Assembly: GCA_026770705.1 (NCBI GenBank)
Contig: JANJGN010000210.1
Coordinates: 434,001-498,000, forward strand
Direction: 5' to 3'
Length of the DNA: 64,000 nt
Source: Isurus oxyrinchus
Lineage: Eukaryota
Below, one piece after another: positions 51,401-64,000 of this stretch. The number at the start of each line of letters is the position of its first letter. The first letter of the stretch is position 1. The translations under genes and the position numbers were made by a program. The notes beneath the pieces are model-generated. The model was given only the letters and a program-made list of their open reading frames with translations. It was not told the DNA's origin and did not search any database.

Positions 51401-52202
51401 TATCTTCATATGATGCAGTACAGTCATCACTGAGAAAAGGTCAACAGGTCAAGGAGAGTGATAACTGAAGCATTGTTCAGTATAATATAACGAAACACAA
51501 GGTGCAGTGAAATATAAATTAAAACATGGTTGTACTACAGTGTGAACTGGAACAGTGTTAATTGGAGTGTCTACAGAAGCAGGGCCTGATGTAGTAATAA
51601 CTGGCGCAAGACCTAATGATATAAAGAGGAGCAGGGTCAGGTGCAGTGATAACTGGGAAAGGACCAATTGCAACACAAGTCAAGATATTGATGGCTGCAA
51701 TAATAAACAATATAGGGCCTGAGATTTAGACTGAGATAGATAGGTTCTTGATTGGTAAGGGGATCAAAGGTTACGGGGAGAAGGGGGGAGAATGGGGTTG
51801 AGAAACTTATCAGCCATGATTGAATGGCAGAGCAGACTCGATGGGCTGAATGGCCTAATTTCTGCTACTATGTCTTATAGTCTTATGGTCTTATGGCCCA
51901 TTGAACTATTAACAGTGACGTTCACCTATTCAACAATAACTAAAGCAAAGTGTAATCTAACGTTTACAGTTACACATGAGGGCATAAAATAAATTGAACA
52001 GGGAATGTATAGGAATTATTAAAACAGGGCCTTGATTGACATAAACTGAGGCAAGGTCTAGCGCAGTGATTCCTGATGCATGGCCTGGATAATTATAGGC
52101 TGAGACAGGGCCTAGTGCAGTGATTACTTTTACAGGGCCGAGATTAATGTCAATGGAGGCAGGGTCCAATCCAATAATTACTGATACAGGGTCTAGGCTG
52201 AT

Positions 52203-53532
52203 ACAAAAACAGAAAATGCTGGAAAGACGATATCCCATCCTGTCAGTTCCCTCGCCTCCTTCACATCTGTTCTGATGATGCCACTATTCAAAACGATGCT
52301 TCTGACATGCCTTCCTTCTTCTTTAACCAAGGTTTCCCACCCACTGTGGTCGACAGGGCCCTCAACCACGTCCGACCCATCTCCCATGTCACTGCTATCA
52401 TGCATTCCTCTCTCTCCCAGAATCATGAAAGGGTACCCCTTCTGATCACATTTCACCCCGCCATCCCCGCATCCAAAGGATCATCCTCCATCATTTCCAC
52501 TAACTCCAACATGATGCCACAACCAAACACAGCTTTCCTTCAACACTCCACCCCCACCCACCCACTCCAGTCAGCATTCCACAGGGACCGTTCCCTCTGA
52601 AACACTCTGGTCCACTCTTCCATCACCCCCAACACCTCATCCCTTCCCATGGCACCTTCCCAAGCAATCAGAGAAGATGTCACTCCTGTACTTTTCCCTC
52701 CTCCCTCCTCATCATCCAAGAGCCCAAATATGTCTTTCAGGTGAAGTACCGTTTCTTTGCACCTCCTTCAATTTGGTCTACTGCATTCGATGCTCCCAAT
52801 GCAGTGTCCTCTAGATTGGTGCACCAAACACAGACTGGCAGATGGTTTTGTGGGACACCTTCAGTCTTTCTGCAAGCATGACCTAGGCCTTCCTGTCCCT
52901 TAGAATTTCAACACGCCATCCTTCTCTGACACCCACATGCCCCTCTTTGACCTGCTGCATTGTCCCAGTGAAGTCCAACTCAAACTGGAGGAACAGAAAC
53001 GCATCATCCGAATATGCACTTTACAGCCTTATTCATTTATTCATTGTTTTATCCTCTTTTTTATCCCCTTTCTTATTCCCGTTTATGCCATTTTTCCCCA
53101 ACCACTGCCCCCTCTCCCTACCACACCCCCAAAAGGGCCATCAGTTACTAGTCCCATGTTGTTCTTTCACAGTGTGCTGATTCTGGCTCTGCTGTTAACA
53201 CATTCTGCTTTCTTACCTTTATGACTTTAGTAGCACCTACTTTAGCCTTACCATTACCATTAACACTCCATTTTTCCTTTTACCTATGATATGTTTGGCA
53301 GTGTCACCTTACCCCCACCTATTGCTTGCCTTCTATCCAACCTGACCTGCTCCATTCTGCTTAAACAGCAAATGTCATCACATTTTGACTTCTCTTTAGC
53401 TCTGAGGAAGGTCATACAGTCTCAGAAAGTTAGCTCTGCTTCTCTCACCACAGGTGCTGTCAGACCTACTGTGATGTCCCAGCATTTTATGCTATTCTTT
53501 CAGATTTCCAGCATCCGCACTATTTTGCTTTT
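52203..53532 (+). mobile_element. Older Penelope-like element inserted in satellite
   Basis: FFFNQGFPPTVVDRALNHVRPIS, a decayed GIY-YIG region and the PLE 3' terminus gatttccagcatccgca. Confidence 0.85.
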
Positions 53533-54628
53533 ATCCAGATTGATATAAAGTGAGACAGTGCCTCGTGCAGTGCTTACTAATGGAGGGTCTAGATCATCAA
53601 GAACTGAGACAGGGCCTAGTGCAATGCTTACTGATACAGGATCTAGATTTATATGAACTGCGACATGCTCGAGTGCGGTGATTACAGACACAGATCTAGA
53701 TTAATATAAACTGAGATGGGGTCTAGTCCAGTGTTTACTGATATTGGGTCACCGTCAATATAAATTCAGACAATATCCAGGGCAACGATTACTGATACGG
53801 GGTCTAGGTTTATATACACTGAGGCTGGCCATAGTGCAGTGATTACTCATACAGGGCTGAGATAAAAATAAACTAGGACAGGGGGTAGTGCAATGATTAC
53901 TGATACAGGGTGTAGATCAATATAAACAGAGACAGTGTCCTTTGCACTGATTATGATATAGGGTCTAGATCAATATAAACTGAGGCAGTGTTCAGCGCAG
54001 TAATTACTGATACAGGGTCTAGATTAATAAAACTTGTGATGGGGCCAAGTGCAGTGATTACTGTTGTCGGGTCTAGGTTGATATAAACTGGTGCAGGGGA
54101 TAGTGCAGTGATTACTCATAATGGGTCTAGATTAATATAAACTGAGACAGGACCAAGTGCAATTATTACTGATACATGGTCGAGATCAATATAAACTGAG
54201 GCAGTGTCCAGTCGAGTGATTACTGATACAGGTCTTGATTAATATGAACCGAGACAGGGTATAGTGCTGTGATTACTGATACAGGTTCCAGCTTGATATA
54301 AACTGAGACAGGGCATTGTGCAGTGATTATTGATACAGTGTCTAGATAAATATAAACTGGGACAGGGGCTAGTGCAATGATCATTCTTACAGTGTCTGGA
54401 CTAAAATAAACTGAGTCATTCCCTAGTTCTGTCATTATTAAAACAGGTTCTGGACTAATATAAATTGAGTTAAGGCCTAGTGCAGTGATTACTGATACAG
54501 GATACAGATTGATATAAACTGAGGCATGGCATAGTACAGTGATTACTGATACAGGGCTTCGATTAATATAAAATGAGACAGTGTCCATTCACTGATTATG
54601 ATGCAGGGCCAAGATCAATATAAACTGA

Positions 54629-55007
54629 AACAAAAACAAAAATACCTGGAAAAACTCAGCAGGTCTGGCAGCATCTGTGGAGAGGAACACAGTTAACATT
54701 TTGAGTCTGCATGACTCTTCAACAGAACTAAGAAAAAATAGAAAAGGTGTGAAATATAATCTGGTTTTAAGTTGGGAGGTTGGGACAAGAAGAGCTGGAT
54801 AGAGGGCCAGTAATAGGTGGACATAACCAAAAGATATCACAGACAAAAGGACAAAGAGGTGTTAAAGGTGGTGATATTATCTGAAGGAATGTGTTAATTA
54901 TGGGTAGAAAACAGGATGAGCAAGGTACAGATAGCCCTAGTGGGGGTGGGGTGAAGGAATTGAAAAAGGCTAAATGGTAGAGATAAAACAATGGATGGAA
55001 ATATATT
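54629..55007 (-). mobile_element. Penelope 3' terminal fragment in satellite
   Basis: acctggaaaaactcagcaggtctggcagcatc...ggtggtgatattatctgaaggaatgtgttaatt. Confidence 0.8.
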
Positions 55008-58000
55008 TGGGTCTAGTGCCGTGATTACTGATACAGGGTCTAGATTAATAGAACTTGAGACAGGCCAAGTGCAGTGATTACTGCTAGAGGGTTTATATTG
55101 ATATAAACTGATGCTGGGTCTAGTGCAGCGATTACTGACATAGGGTTTAGATCAATATAAACAGAGATGGGAGCAAGTGCAGTGATTACTGATCCAGGGT
55201 CTATATAAGTATATACTGGGATGGGGGCCAATGCAGTGATTACTGATACAGGGTTTGGACTCTTATAAACTGAGGCATTTTCTAGCTCTGTCATTATTCA
55301 TACAGGGTGTGGACTCATATAAACTGAGACAGGGCTGAGTGAAGTGATTACTGATACAGGATCTGGATTGATATAAGAAGAGGCAGGCTATAGTGCAGTG
55401 ATTACTGATATGGGGTCTAGATCAATATAAACTGAGACAGATCATAGTGCAATGATGACTGTTACAGGGTCTAGATGATAAAGACTGAGGCAGGGCATAT
55501 TGCAGGGATTACTGATACAGGGTCTACATTAATGTAAACTGTGACAGAGCCTAGTGCAGTGATTGCTGATACAGGGCCGAGGTAAATATAAAGTAGGACA
55601 GAGGCTAGTGCAGTGATTAATGATACAGGATCAGGATCAATATAAACTGAGGCAGTGTCCATTGCAGTGATTACTGATACAGGGCCTAAATTAATATGAA
55701 CTCAGGCAGGGCCTAATGCAGCGATTACTGATTTAGGGACCAGATTAATATGAACTGAAGCAGGCCATAGTGCAATGATTACTGATACTGGGTGTAGATC
55801 AATATAAACTGAGACAGGGCCCAGTACAGTGATTACTGATACATGGTGTAGATCAATATAAACTGAGACAGGCCCTAGTGCAGTGATTACTGATAGACGG
55901 TCTAGGTTGATATAAAGTGAGGCAGGGCCTAGTGCAGTGATTACCGACACAGGGACTAGAGTAATATAAACTAGGTCAGGGGCTAGTGCAGTGATTAATG
56001 ATATCAATGATACAGGATGAGGATCAATATAATTTGAGACAGTGTCCATTGAAGTGATTACAGTTACAGGGTTTACATCAGTATAAACTGAGATAAGTTC
56101 CACTGATGTGATTAATGATGCAGGGTCTGGATTAATATACCATGAGATAGTGTCTAGTGCAGTGATCACTGATCCAAGGTCTTGATAAATATAAAACTGA
56201 GATAGTGTCTAGTGCTGTGATTACTGATACATGGTCTAGATTAATATGAACTGAGGCACAGACTAGTGTAGCCATTACTGATTTAAAGTCCTAGATTGAA
56301 ATAAACTAAGACAGGGCATATTGCAGTGATTGCTGATACAGGGTCTAAATTATTATAGGCTGGGGCAGGGCATATTGAAGTGATTACTGATACAGGGTCT
56401 AGGTTAATAGAAACTGAGAGAGGGCAAAGTGCAATGATTATAGATTCAGGGTGCAGATTATTATAATCCCAACAGGGACGAGTGCAGTGATTACTGAAAC
56501 AGGGCCTTGATTAATATAAACTGAATCAGGCTTTTGTACAGTAATCACCAACACACGGACTGAATTAACATAACCTGAGACAAGGCCTGGTGCAGTGTTC
56601 ACTGACACAGGGCCCAGATAAATATAACTGAGACAGGGGCTCGGGCAGTGATTACTGCTGCAGGAACTAAATTAATGTAAACTTTGATAGGGCCTAGTGC
56701 AGTGATTACTGATACAGCATCTAGAATGATTTAAAAAAAACTGAGGCAGGGCATAGTGCAGTGATTGCTGATACAGGGTACAGATTTATATAAACTCAGA
56801 CAGGGCCTAGATAAATATAAGCCAGGCCAAGGGCTAGTGCAATGATTAATGATACAGGATCATGATCAATATAAACTGAGACAGTGTCCTTTGCAGTGAT
56901 TACCGATACAAGATCTAGATCAATATTAATGGAGATAGGGCCCAGTGCAGTGATTACTGATAGAGGCTCTGGACTAATATAAACTGAGACAGGGCCTAGT
57001 GCAGAGATTACTGATACAGGGTCTTGATTGTTATAAACTGAGTCAGGGCATTATGCAATGATGACAAATGCAGGCTCTATGTTAATATAAACTGTAACAG
57101 GATCTTGTTCAGTGATTACTGATACAAGGTCTATTGGATATAAACTGAGGGAGGGCATATTGCAGTAATACAGAGCCTAGATCAATATATATGGAGACAG
57201 TGTTCATTGCAGTGATTACTGATGCAGGGTCTTAATTAATAAAAGTGGAGACACTGCCAAGTGCAGTGATTACAGATACAGAGTCTAGGCTGATATAAAC
57301 TGAGGCAGACCATAGTCAGTGGTTACTGATACTGGGTCCAGATAAATTTTAAACTGAGACAGGCTCTAATGCAGAAAGAATTTTTGCAAAGTCTAGATCA
57401 ATAGAAACTGATGCAGGGTCTAATGCAGTGATGATTGATACAGGGTATAGATTAATATAACCTGAGACAGGGCCTGCTGTATTGATTAAAGATACAGGGT
57501 CAAGATTGATAAATACTGAGGCAAGGCATAGTGCAGGGATTACTGATACAGGGTCGAGATTAATCTAAATTGAGACATGGTTTGGTGCAGTGCTTACTGA
57601 TAGAGAATCAGGATCAATATAAACTGAGACAGGGGCCCAGTGCAGTGATTACTGACACAGGGTCTAGCTTAATATAAACTGTGGCAGGGCTCAGTGCAGT
57701 GATTACTGACATTTGGTCTCAATCAATATTAACTCAGACAATGTCCAGTGCAATGATTACTGACCCAGAGCCTAGATTAATAGAAAATGAGGCAGGGTCT
57801 AGTGCAGTGATAACTGATACAGTGCCCAGATCAATATAAACTGAGATAGGTCCAAGTGCAGCGATTACTGATTCAGGGCCCGGATTAATATAAACTGAGA
57901 CAGGGTCCAGTACAGTCATTACTGATACAGGATCTAAATTAATATAAACTGAGACAGGGTCTCGTCCAGTGTTTACTGATACAGTGTCTCAATCAATATA

Positions 58001-60169
58001 AACTCAGACAATGTCGAGTGCACTGATTACTGATACAGGATCTGGATTTATAAAAACTGAGGCATGTTCGTGTGCAGTGATTATAGACACAGGATCTAAC
58101 TTAATATAAACTGAGACAGGTTCTTGTGCAGTAATTACTGATACAGGGTCTCAATCAATATAAACTCAGACAATGTCCAAAGCAGTGATTACTGATACAG
58201 GGCCGAGATAAATATAACTTGTGGCAGGGCCTACTGCAGTGATTACTGATACAGCGTTTAGGTTAACAGAAACTAAGAGAGGGCCAAGTGCAGTGATTGT
58301 AGATTCAGGGTGCAGATTATAATAACCAGAACAGGGACGAGTGCAGTGATTACTGAAACAGGGCCTTGATTAATATAAACTGAGACAGGGTCTTGTACAG
58401 TAATTACTGATACACGGTCTGAACTAACATAAACTGAGACAGGGCCTGGTGAAGTGTTCAATGATATAGGGCCTAGATAAATATAACTGGGACAGGGGCT
58501 CGGGCAGTGATAACTGACACAGGGTCTAGGTTAATATATATTGAGATGGGGCCTAGTGCAGTGATAACTGAAACATGGTCTAGATTCATAAAAAAAAGCT
58601 GAGGCAGGACATAGTGCAGGGATTAATGATAAAGGGACTCGGCTAATATCAAGTGAGACAGAGTCTAGTGCAGAGATAACAGATGTGGGACCACGATCAA
58701 CATCAACTGAGATAGCTTCTACTGTGGTGAATCCTGATACAGGGTCTCAATCAATATAAACTCAATGTGCAATGCAGTGATTACTGATACAGAGCCAAGA
58801 TAAATATGAAATGAGGCAGGGCCTACTGCAGTGATTACTGATACAGGGTCTAGGTTAATAGAAACTGAGAGAGGGCCAAGTGCAGTGATTATAGATTCAG
58901 TGTGCAGTTTATTATAACCAGAACAGGGACGAGTGCAGTGATTACTGAAACAGGGCCTTGATTAATATAAACTGAGACAGGCTCTTCTATAATAATTACA
59001 AATACACTGTCTGAACTAACATAAACTGAGAAAGGGCCTGGCAAAGTGTTAATTGATATAGGGCCTAGATAAATATAACTGGGATGAGGCTCGGGCAGTG
59101 ATAACTGATACAGGGTCTAGATTGATAAAAAAAAAACCTGAGGCAGGACATAGTGCAGGGATTACTGATACCGGGCCGAGATTAATATAAACTCAGAGAG
59201 GGTCAAGTGCAGTGATTACTGGTATAAGGTTCAAATTGATATAAAATGACATAGGGTCTACTGCAGTGATTACGGATATAGGGTCTAGACTGATATGAAC
59301 TGAGACAAGGCCTGGTGCCGTGATTTGTGTTACAGGGTTGGATGCATATAAAATGGGACAGGGCCTAGTGCAGTGATTACAGGCACAGGCTTTAGATTAA
59401 TTGAAACTGAGAAACAGTCCAGTGCAGTGCTTTTAGGTTCAAGGTGCAAATTATTAATACCAGAACAGGGTTGAGTGCAATGATTACTGAAACAGGGTCT
59501 TGATTAATATAAACTGAGACAGGCTCTTGTGCAGTAATTACTAATGCAGGGTCTGAACCAACATAAACTGAGACAGGGCCTGGTGAAATGTTCACTGGTA
59601 CAGTGCCTAGATAAATACAACTGGGACAGGAGCTCTTGCAGTGATGACTGCTGCAGGGACTAAATTAATATAAACTGAGGCTGGATCTAGTGCAGTGATT
59701 ACTAATAAAGGGACTAGACTAATATAAAGTGCGACAGAATTTAGTGCAGAGATAACTGATGCGGGGTCAAGATCAATATAAACTGAGACAGGGTCTGTTG
59801 CAATGATTACTGATACAGGGTCTAGATCAAAGTCAACTGAGACAATGTCCATTGCAGTGATTACTGATCCAGAGTCTTAACTGATAAAAACTGAGACAGG
59901 GCCTAGTGCAGTAAGTAATGTTACAGGGTCTAGATTAATATAAACTGAGAGAGCCTCAAGTACAGAGGTTACAGATACAAGGTCTAGATTATTATATTCT
60001 GAGACAGATCTAGTGTGGAGACTACTGATACATGGTTTAGCTCAATATAAACTGTGGCAGGGCACAGTGCAGTGATTACTGATGCTCTAAAGTAATGTAA
60101 GGAAGACAAGGTCTAGTACGGTGATTACTGATACAGGGTCTAGATTGATAAAAACTGAGGCAGGGAAAA

Positions 60170-61272
60170 ATATAATTCTAAAATTGGCTTAGTTGTTGGA
60201 GAGAGAGGGTGATGACAGAAGGACACTTTATTAACTGGAAGCCAGTGTCCAGTCATGTACCACAGGGATCTGTGCTGGGTACCCCATTATTTATTATTTA
60301 TATAAACAAAAGTAGATGCCTACATGTGGGGTAGGATTAGTAAGTTTGTGGAGGACACAAAGATTGACCGGTTGGTTAACAGTGATGTTGAGTGCTTTGG
60401 GCTACAGGAAGATATAGATGGAATGGTCAAATGGGCAGATAAGTGGCAAATAGAATTTAGCACTGAAAAGTGTGAGGTGATACACTTTGGAAGGAGTAAT
60501 TTGACTAGGAAGTATTCAATGAATGGGATGACACTAGGAAGTTCTGAGGAACAAAGGGACCTTGGTGTGTGTGTCCATAGGTCTCTGAAGGCAGAGGGGC
60601 ATGTTTGTCGGGTGGTGAAAAAGGCATATGGGACACTTGCCTTTATCAATCAAGGCATAGATTACAAAAGTAGGGAGGCCATATTGGACTTGTATAGAAC
60701 CTTGGTGAGGTCACAGCTGGAGTACAGTATGCAGTTCTGGTCGCCAGATTATAGGAAGGATGTGATGCACTGGAGACGATGCAGAGGAGATTCACCGGGA
60801 TGTTGCCTGGTATGAAACATTTAAGTTATGAAGAGAGGTTGGATAGACTTGGGTTGTTTTCAGTGGAGCAGAGAAGACTGAGGGGAGACCTGATCGAGGT
60901 GTACAAGATTATGAGGGGCGTGGTCAGGGTGGATAGGGAGCAGCTGTTGTCCTTAGTTGAAGGGTCAGTCACAAGGAGACATAAGTTCAAGGTGAGGGGC
61001 AGTAGGTTTAGGGGGCTTTTGAGGAAAAACTTTTTTACCCAGAGGGTGGTGACAGTCTGGAATGCACTGCCTGGGAGGGTAGTGGAGGTGGGTTGCCTTA
61101 CATCCTTTGAAAAGTACCTGGATGAGCACTTGGCATGTCATAAAATTCAAGGCTATGGACCAAGTGCTGGTAAATGGGGTTAGGCAGGTAGGTCAGGTGT
61201 TTTTCACGTGTCGGTGCAGACTCAATGGGCCAAAGGCCCTCTTCTGTACTGTGTGATTCTGTGATTCTGTGA
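60170..61272 (+). mobile_element. CR1 LINE 3' portion
   Basis: PQGSVLG, ISKFVEDTKI, WADKWQIEF, QRDLGVCVHRSLK, LRGDLIEVYKIMRG; (ATTCTGTG)n tail. Confidence 0.92.
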
Positions 61273-63149
61273 TAATATAAACTGAAATTACCGATAGAAG
61301 TCTAGATCAATATCAAGGGAGACAGCGTCTAGTGCAGTGATTACTGGCACAGAATCTAGATTAATACAAACTGTGACAGGGCTGAGTGCTGTGATTACTG
61401 ACACAGGGACGAGATTATTATAAACTAGGACAGGGGCTAGTTACTGATACAGGATCAGGATCAATATAATCTGAGACAGTGTCCTTTCCAATGATTAATG
61501 ATAAAGGGTCTGGACTAATATACACTGTATCAGGGCCAAGACCAGTCATTACTAATACAGATTCAGGATTAATAGAAACTAAGAGAGGGTCCAGTGCAGT
61601 ATTTACTGATACATGGTCCTGATCAATATAAGCTCAGACAATGTCCAGTGCAGTCATTACTGATACAGGGTCTGGATTAATAAAAACTGAGACAGGCCTA
61701 GTGCAGTGGTTACTGATGCAGGGTGTAGGTTAATATAAACCCAGACAATGTCCAGTGCAGAGATGACTGATACATGGTCTAGATTAATGTAAACTGAGAC
61801 AGGGTCCACTGCAGTTATTAATGATTCAGGGTCTAAATTAATATAAACTGGGACTGTGTCTAGTGCATTGATTCCTGATATATGGTCTGGACCAGAATAA
61901 ACTGAGACAGGGCCAAGTGCAAGAATTACTTCATCATTGATGCCCATATCCTAAGAACGAATTAAAACACTGCAAAATACTACAGATTCTGGAAATCAAA
62001 AGCAGGGCAAAAAATAACCACTCAGCAGGTCAGTGGGCATCAATAGAAAGAGAAACAGGTCAAACGTTCAGGCCAATGACAGGTGCAAAATCTCCCTTGG
62101 TACCAATCTATAGAGCAGGACTGTTCTCCCCACTATCCTAGTCCAGTATTCATTCTTCAACTAAAATCACATATTATCTCATCATTTTTCGCAGGTCTAT
62201 TCATGGGAGCTTGCTGTGCACAAATCACCGGATGGATTTCCAATATTACAGCAGTGACTAAACTTCAACAAATGTACATCAACGAATTTCAAGGGCTTTA
62301 GGATGTCCTGGGGTCATAAGCAGCATTCTATAAATGTAAATTCTTCCTAAATGTTAACATTTTAAAATGCTAGTTGTGATATGTTGAAAACTCTGAGATT
62401 AATATGATTATAGGTCGCTCCTCTGGCTGCTGTTTTAAATTGTCCATTTTAATCGGTTAAATCTTCCAACAAATTGACAATGAGTGTAATCCCAGCCTGT
62501 TCAAATATTCATCATTGATTGTGACAGTAGAACTTACAGAATTGAATTATTAATTTAAATGCATTTTTAATTATTTGAAATAAATAACATCTGTTCTAAT
62601 GGATGTTGAAAATGTTTCTATTAATTTTATACCAACTGTCAATATTCTTAAAATAAACCCTTGTTTTGAGTTGAAACCAATCAATAAGTGTCTATGTTTA
62701 TCTGGTTTTGCTGCCATGAACACTTCATTGAAGTCAGTTTATGTAAATGAACACAGAAATAGAAGTCCCAGATTAGATTCTGGAGACACAAAAACACAGC
62801 AATAGAGTCAAACATGCAAATACATCAACCGATTTCAGTAGCAATTGTTTTTGGGCATTTTTAAAATCAGTTATATGAGAATTATGTCACGATGATATCT
62901 ATGTTTAGAATTAAGTAAGATTCCCACTTATCATGAAATATAATGTCATGGCAAATGTGTTTGGAGGGATGTCCTGTATCCTCTCTCTCTCTCTCTCTCT
63001 CTCTTTCTCCTCTCTGGTACTTTGTCTTGTCTCTCCAACATTGGTCACTGTCTTTACTCCACAACATGAAGTCAATGTCTAGCCAATATATTCTCTCAGA
63101 CCGATTCATACACTTCAAACTAAATTGATCTAATGAAATGGATTATAAT

Positions 63150-64000
63150 CCGTAGAGGGAACTTTATTCTAAATCTGTTTTGAGCATTCACTGACTTGAG
63201 AGTGCTTGGTGGGAAACTGCAGACAAAACTTTACTCTGTATCTAACCTGTGTTGCAGCCAGTAGCATAGATATGATGTGGCCGTGCCAAAGAATCTTTCC
63301 CTGTATCTAACCCGTGCTGTTCCTGCCTTTGGAGTGTCTGATGGAGTGTAGAGGGAGCTTTATTTTGCACCTAACCTGCACTGTGACTGCCCTGGGAGTG
63401 TTTGATACAACTGTGTCGAGGGAGATTTATTCTGCATCTAAACTGTGCTATACCTGGCCTGAGATTAATTTATAGGGCCGTTTAGAGAGATCTTTACTCT
63501 GCATCTAAACCACGCTATATTTGACATGGCTGTAGACACTGTAGAGGGGGATTTGCCCCTATCTAAGCCCTGGAAATATCTGATGTGACGGTGCAGAGGC
63601 AGCTTTCCTCTTTACCTGCCCCCAGTGCCGAGCTTCCTGGGAAATGTCTGATGAAGAGTGCAGAGGAAACTTTACACTGCATAGAACCCTTACCCTACAT
63701 GCCTCAACTGTGTTTGAGCGGACAAGGTAGAGCAAGTTTTACCCTGTTTCTGAACTGTGCTGCACCTGTCCTGGAAATGTTTGAAGGTGACAGTGTCGAG
63801 GGAGATTCACTCTGAATCTAACCCATGCTATACCTGCATTGGGAGATTTTCATGTGGCAATGTAGAGGGAACTTTACATTATTAATGTAGCCCCATGCTA
63901 CACCTGCACTGGCACTGTTTGGTGGAGCCATGGGCCTTGTCTATGCATTACACTAGACCATGTCCAACCGTATCTAACCCGTGCTGTACCTGCCCTGAGA
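63150..64000 (+). repeat. ~67-bp satellite (GTGTAGAGGGAGCTTTACTCTGTATCTAACCCGTGCTGTACCTGCCCTGGGAGTGTTTGATGG...)
   Basis: Period 67, e.g. gtagagggag at 63348 and gtcgagggag at 63415. Confidence 0.9.

Larger units (their letters stand above)
53533..61930 (+). repeat. 54-bp satellite (dimer of diverged 27-mers), interrupted by PLE and CR1 inserts
   Basis: Consensus GAGACAGGGCCTAGTGCAGTGATTACTGATACAGGGTCTAGATTAATATAAACT; 18-aa periodic spurious ORFs (PVSVITALGPVSVYINLD). Confidence 0.95.

Noticed and set aside
53533-61930. The 54-bp satellite contains TGCAGTG-23/24 bp-ATATAAACT, superficially RSS-like
   Set aside because: It lacks the essential CAC of the heptamer, and the unit is explained as a dimer of a 27-mer; probably coincidence.
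54220-61947. Hydrophobic repetitive ORFs (PVSVITALG...)
   Set aside because: Translations of satellite DNA with frequent stops and no exon structure.

Overview
Vertebrate genomic DNA, most likely shark or another cartilaginous fish. This is inferred from the IgNAR-like V domains and the CR1, Penelope and Deu-type SINE repeats. The first 26 kb hold a minus-strand NAR-TCR-like cassette of a TCR-delta type locus with an unusual layout: octamer/TATA promoter, leader, unrearranged IgNAR-like V (22-RSS), D (12/12-RSS), J (23-RSS), then THREE intact germline-joined V(D)J exons, then a leaderless supporting V-delta with a CDR1 Cys followed by six tandem 23-RSS. The three joined exons keep open frames and phase-1 splice sites. 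All have lost the octamer motifs, two have lost their leader, and each has an extra CDR3 Cys besides the FR1 Cys. I infer they are internal exons of an elongated receptor chain with up to five V domains (rearranging V, three fixed Vj, rearranging V-delta, then C-delta), possibly linked by a chain of inter-domain disulfides. No D-delta, J-delta or C-delta lies in the window. The rest comprises a GPR139-like GPCR exon with a premature stop, decayed V pseudogenes, Penelope-like elements with TSDs and hammerhead-like motifs, CR1/L2 fragments, a ~475-bp-arm inverted duplication, 27/54-bp and 67-bp satellites, and one assembly gap.
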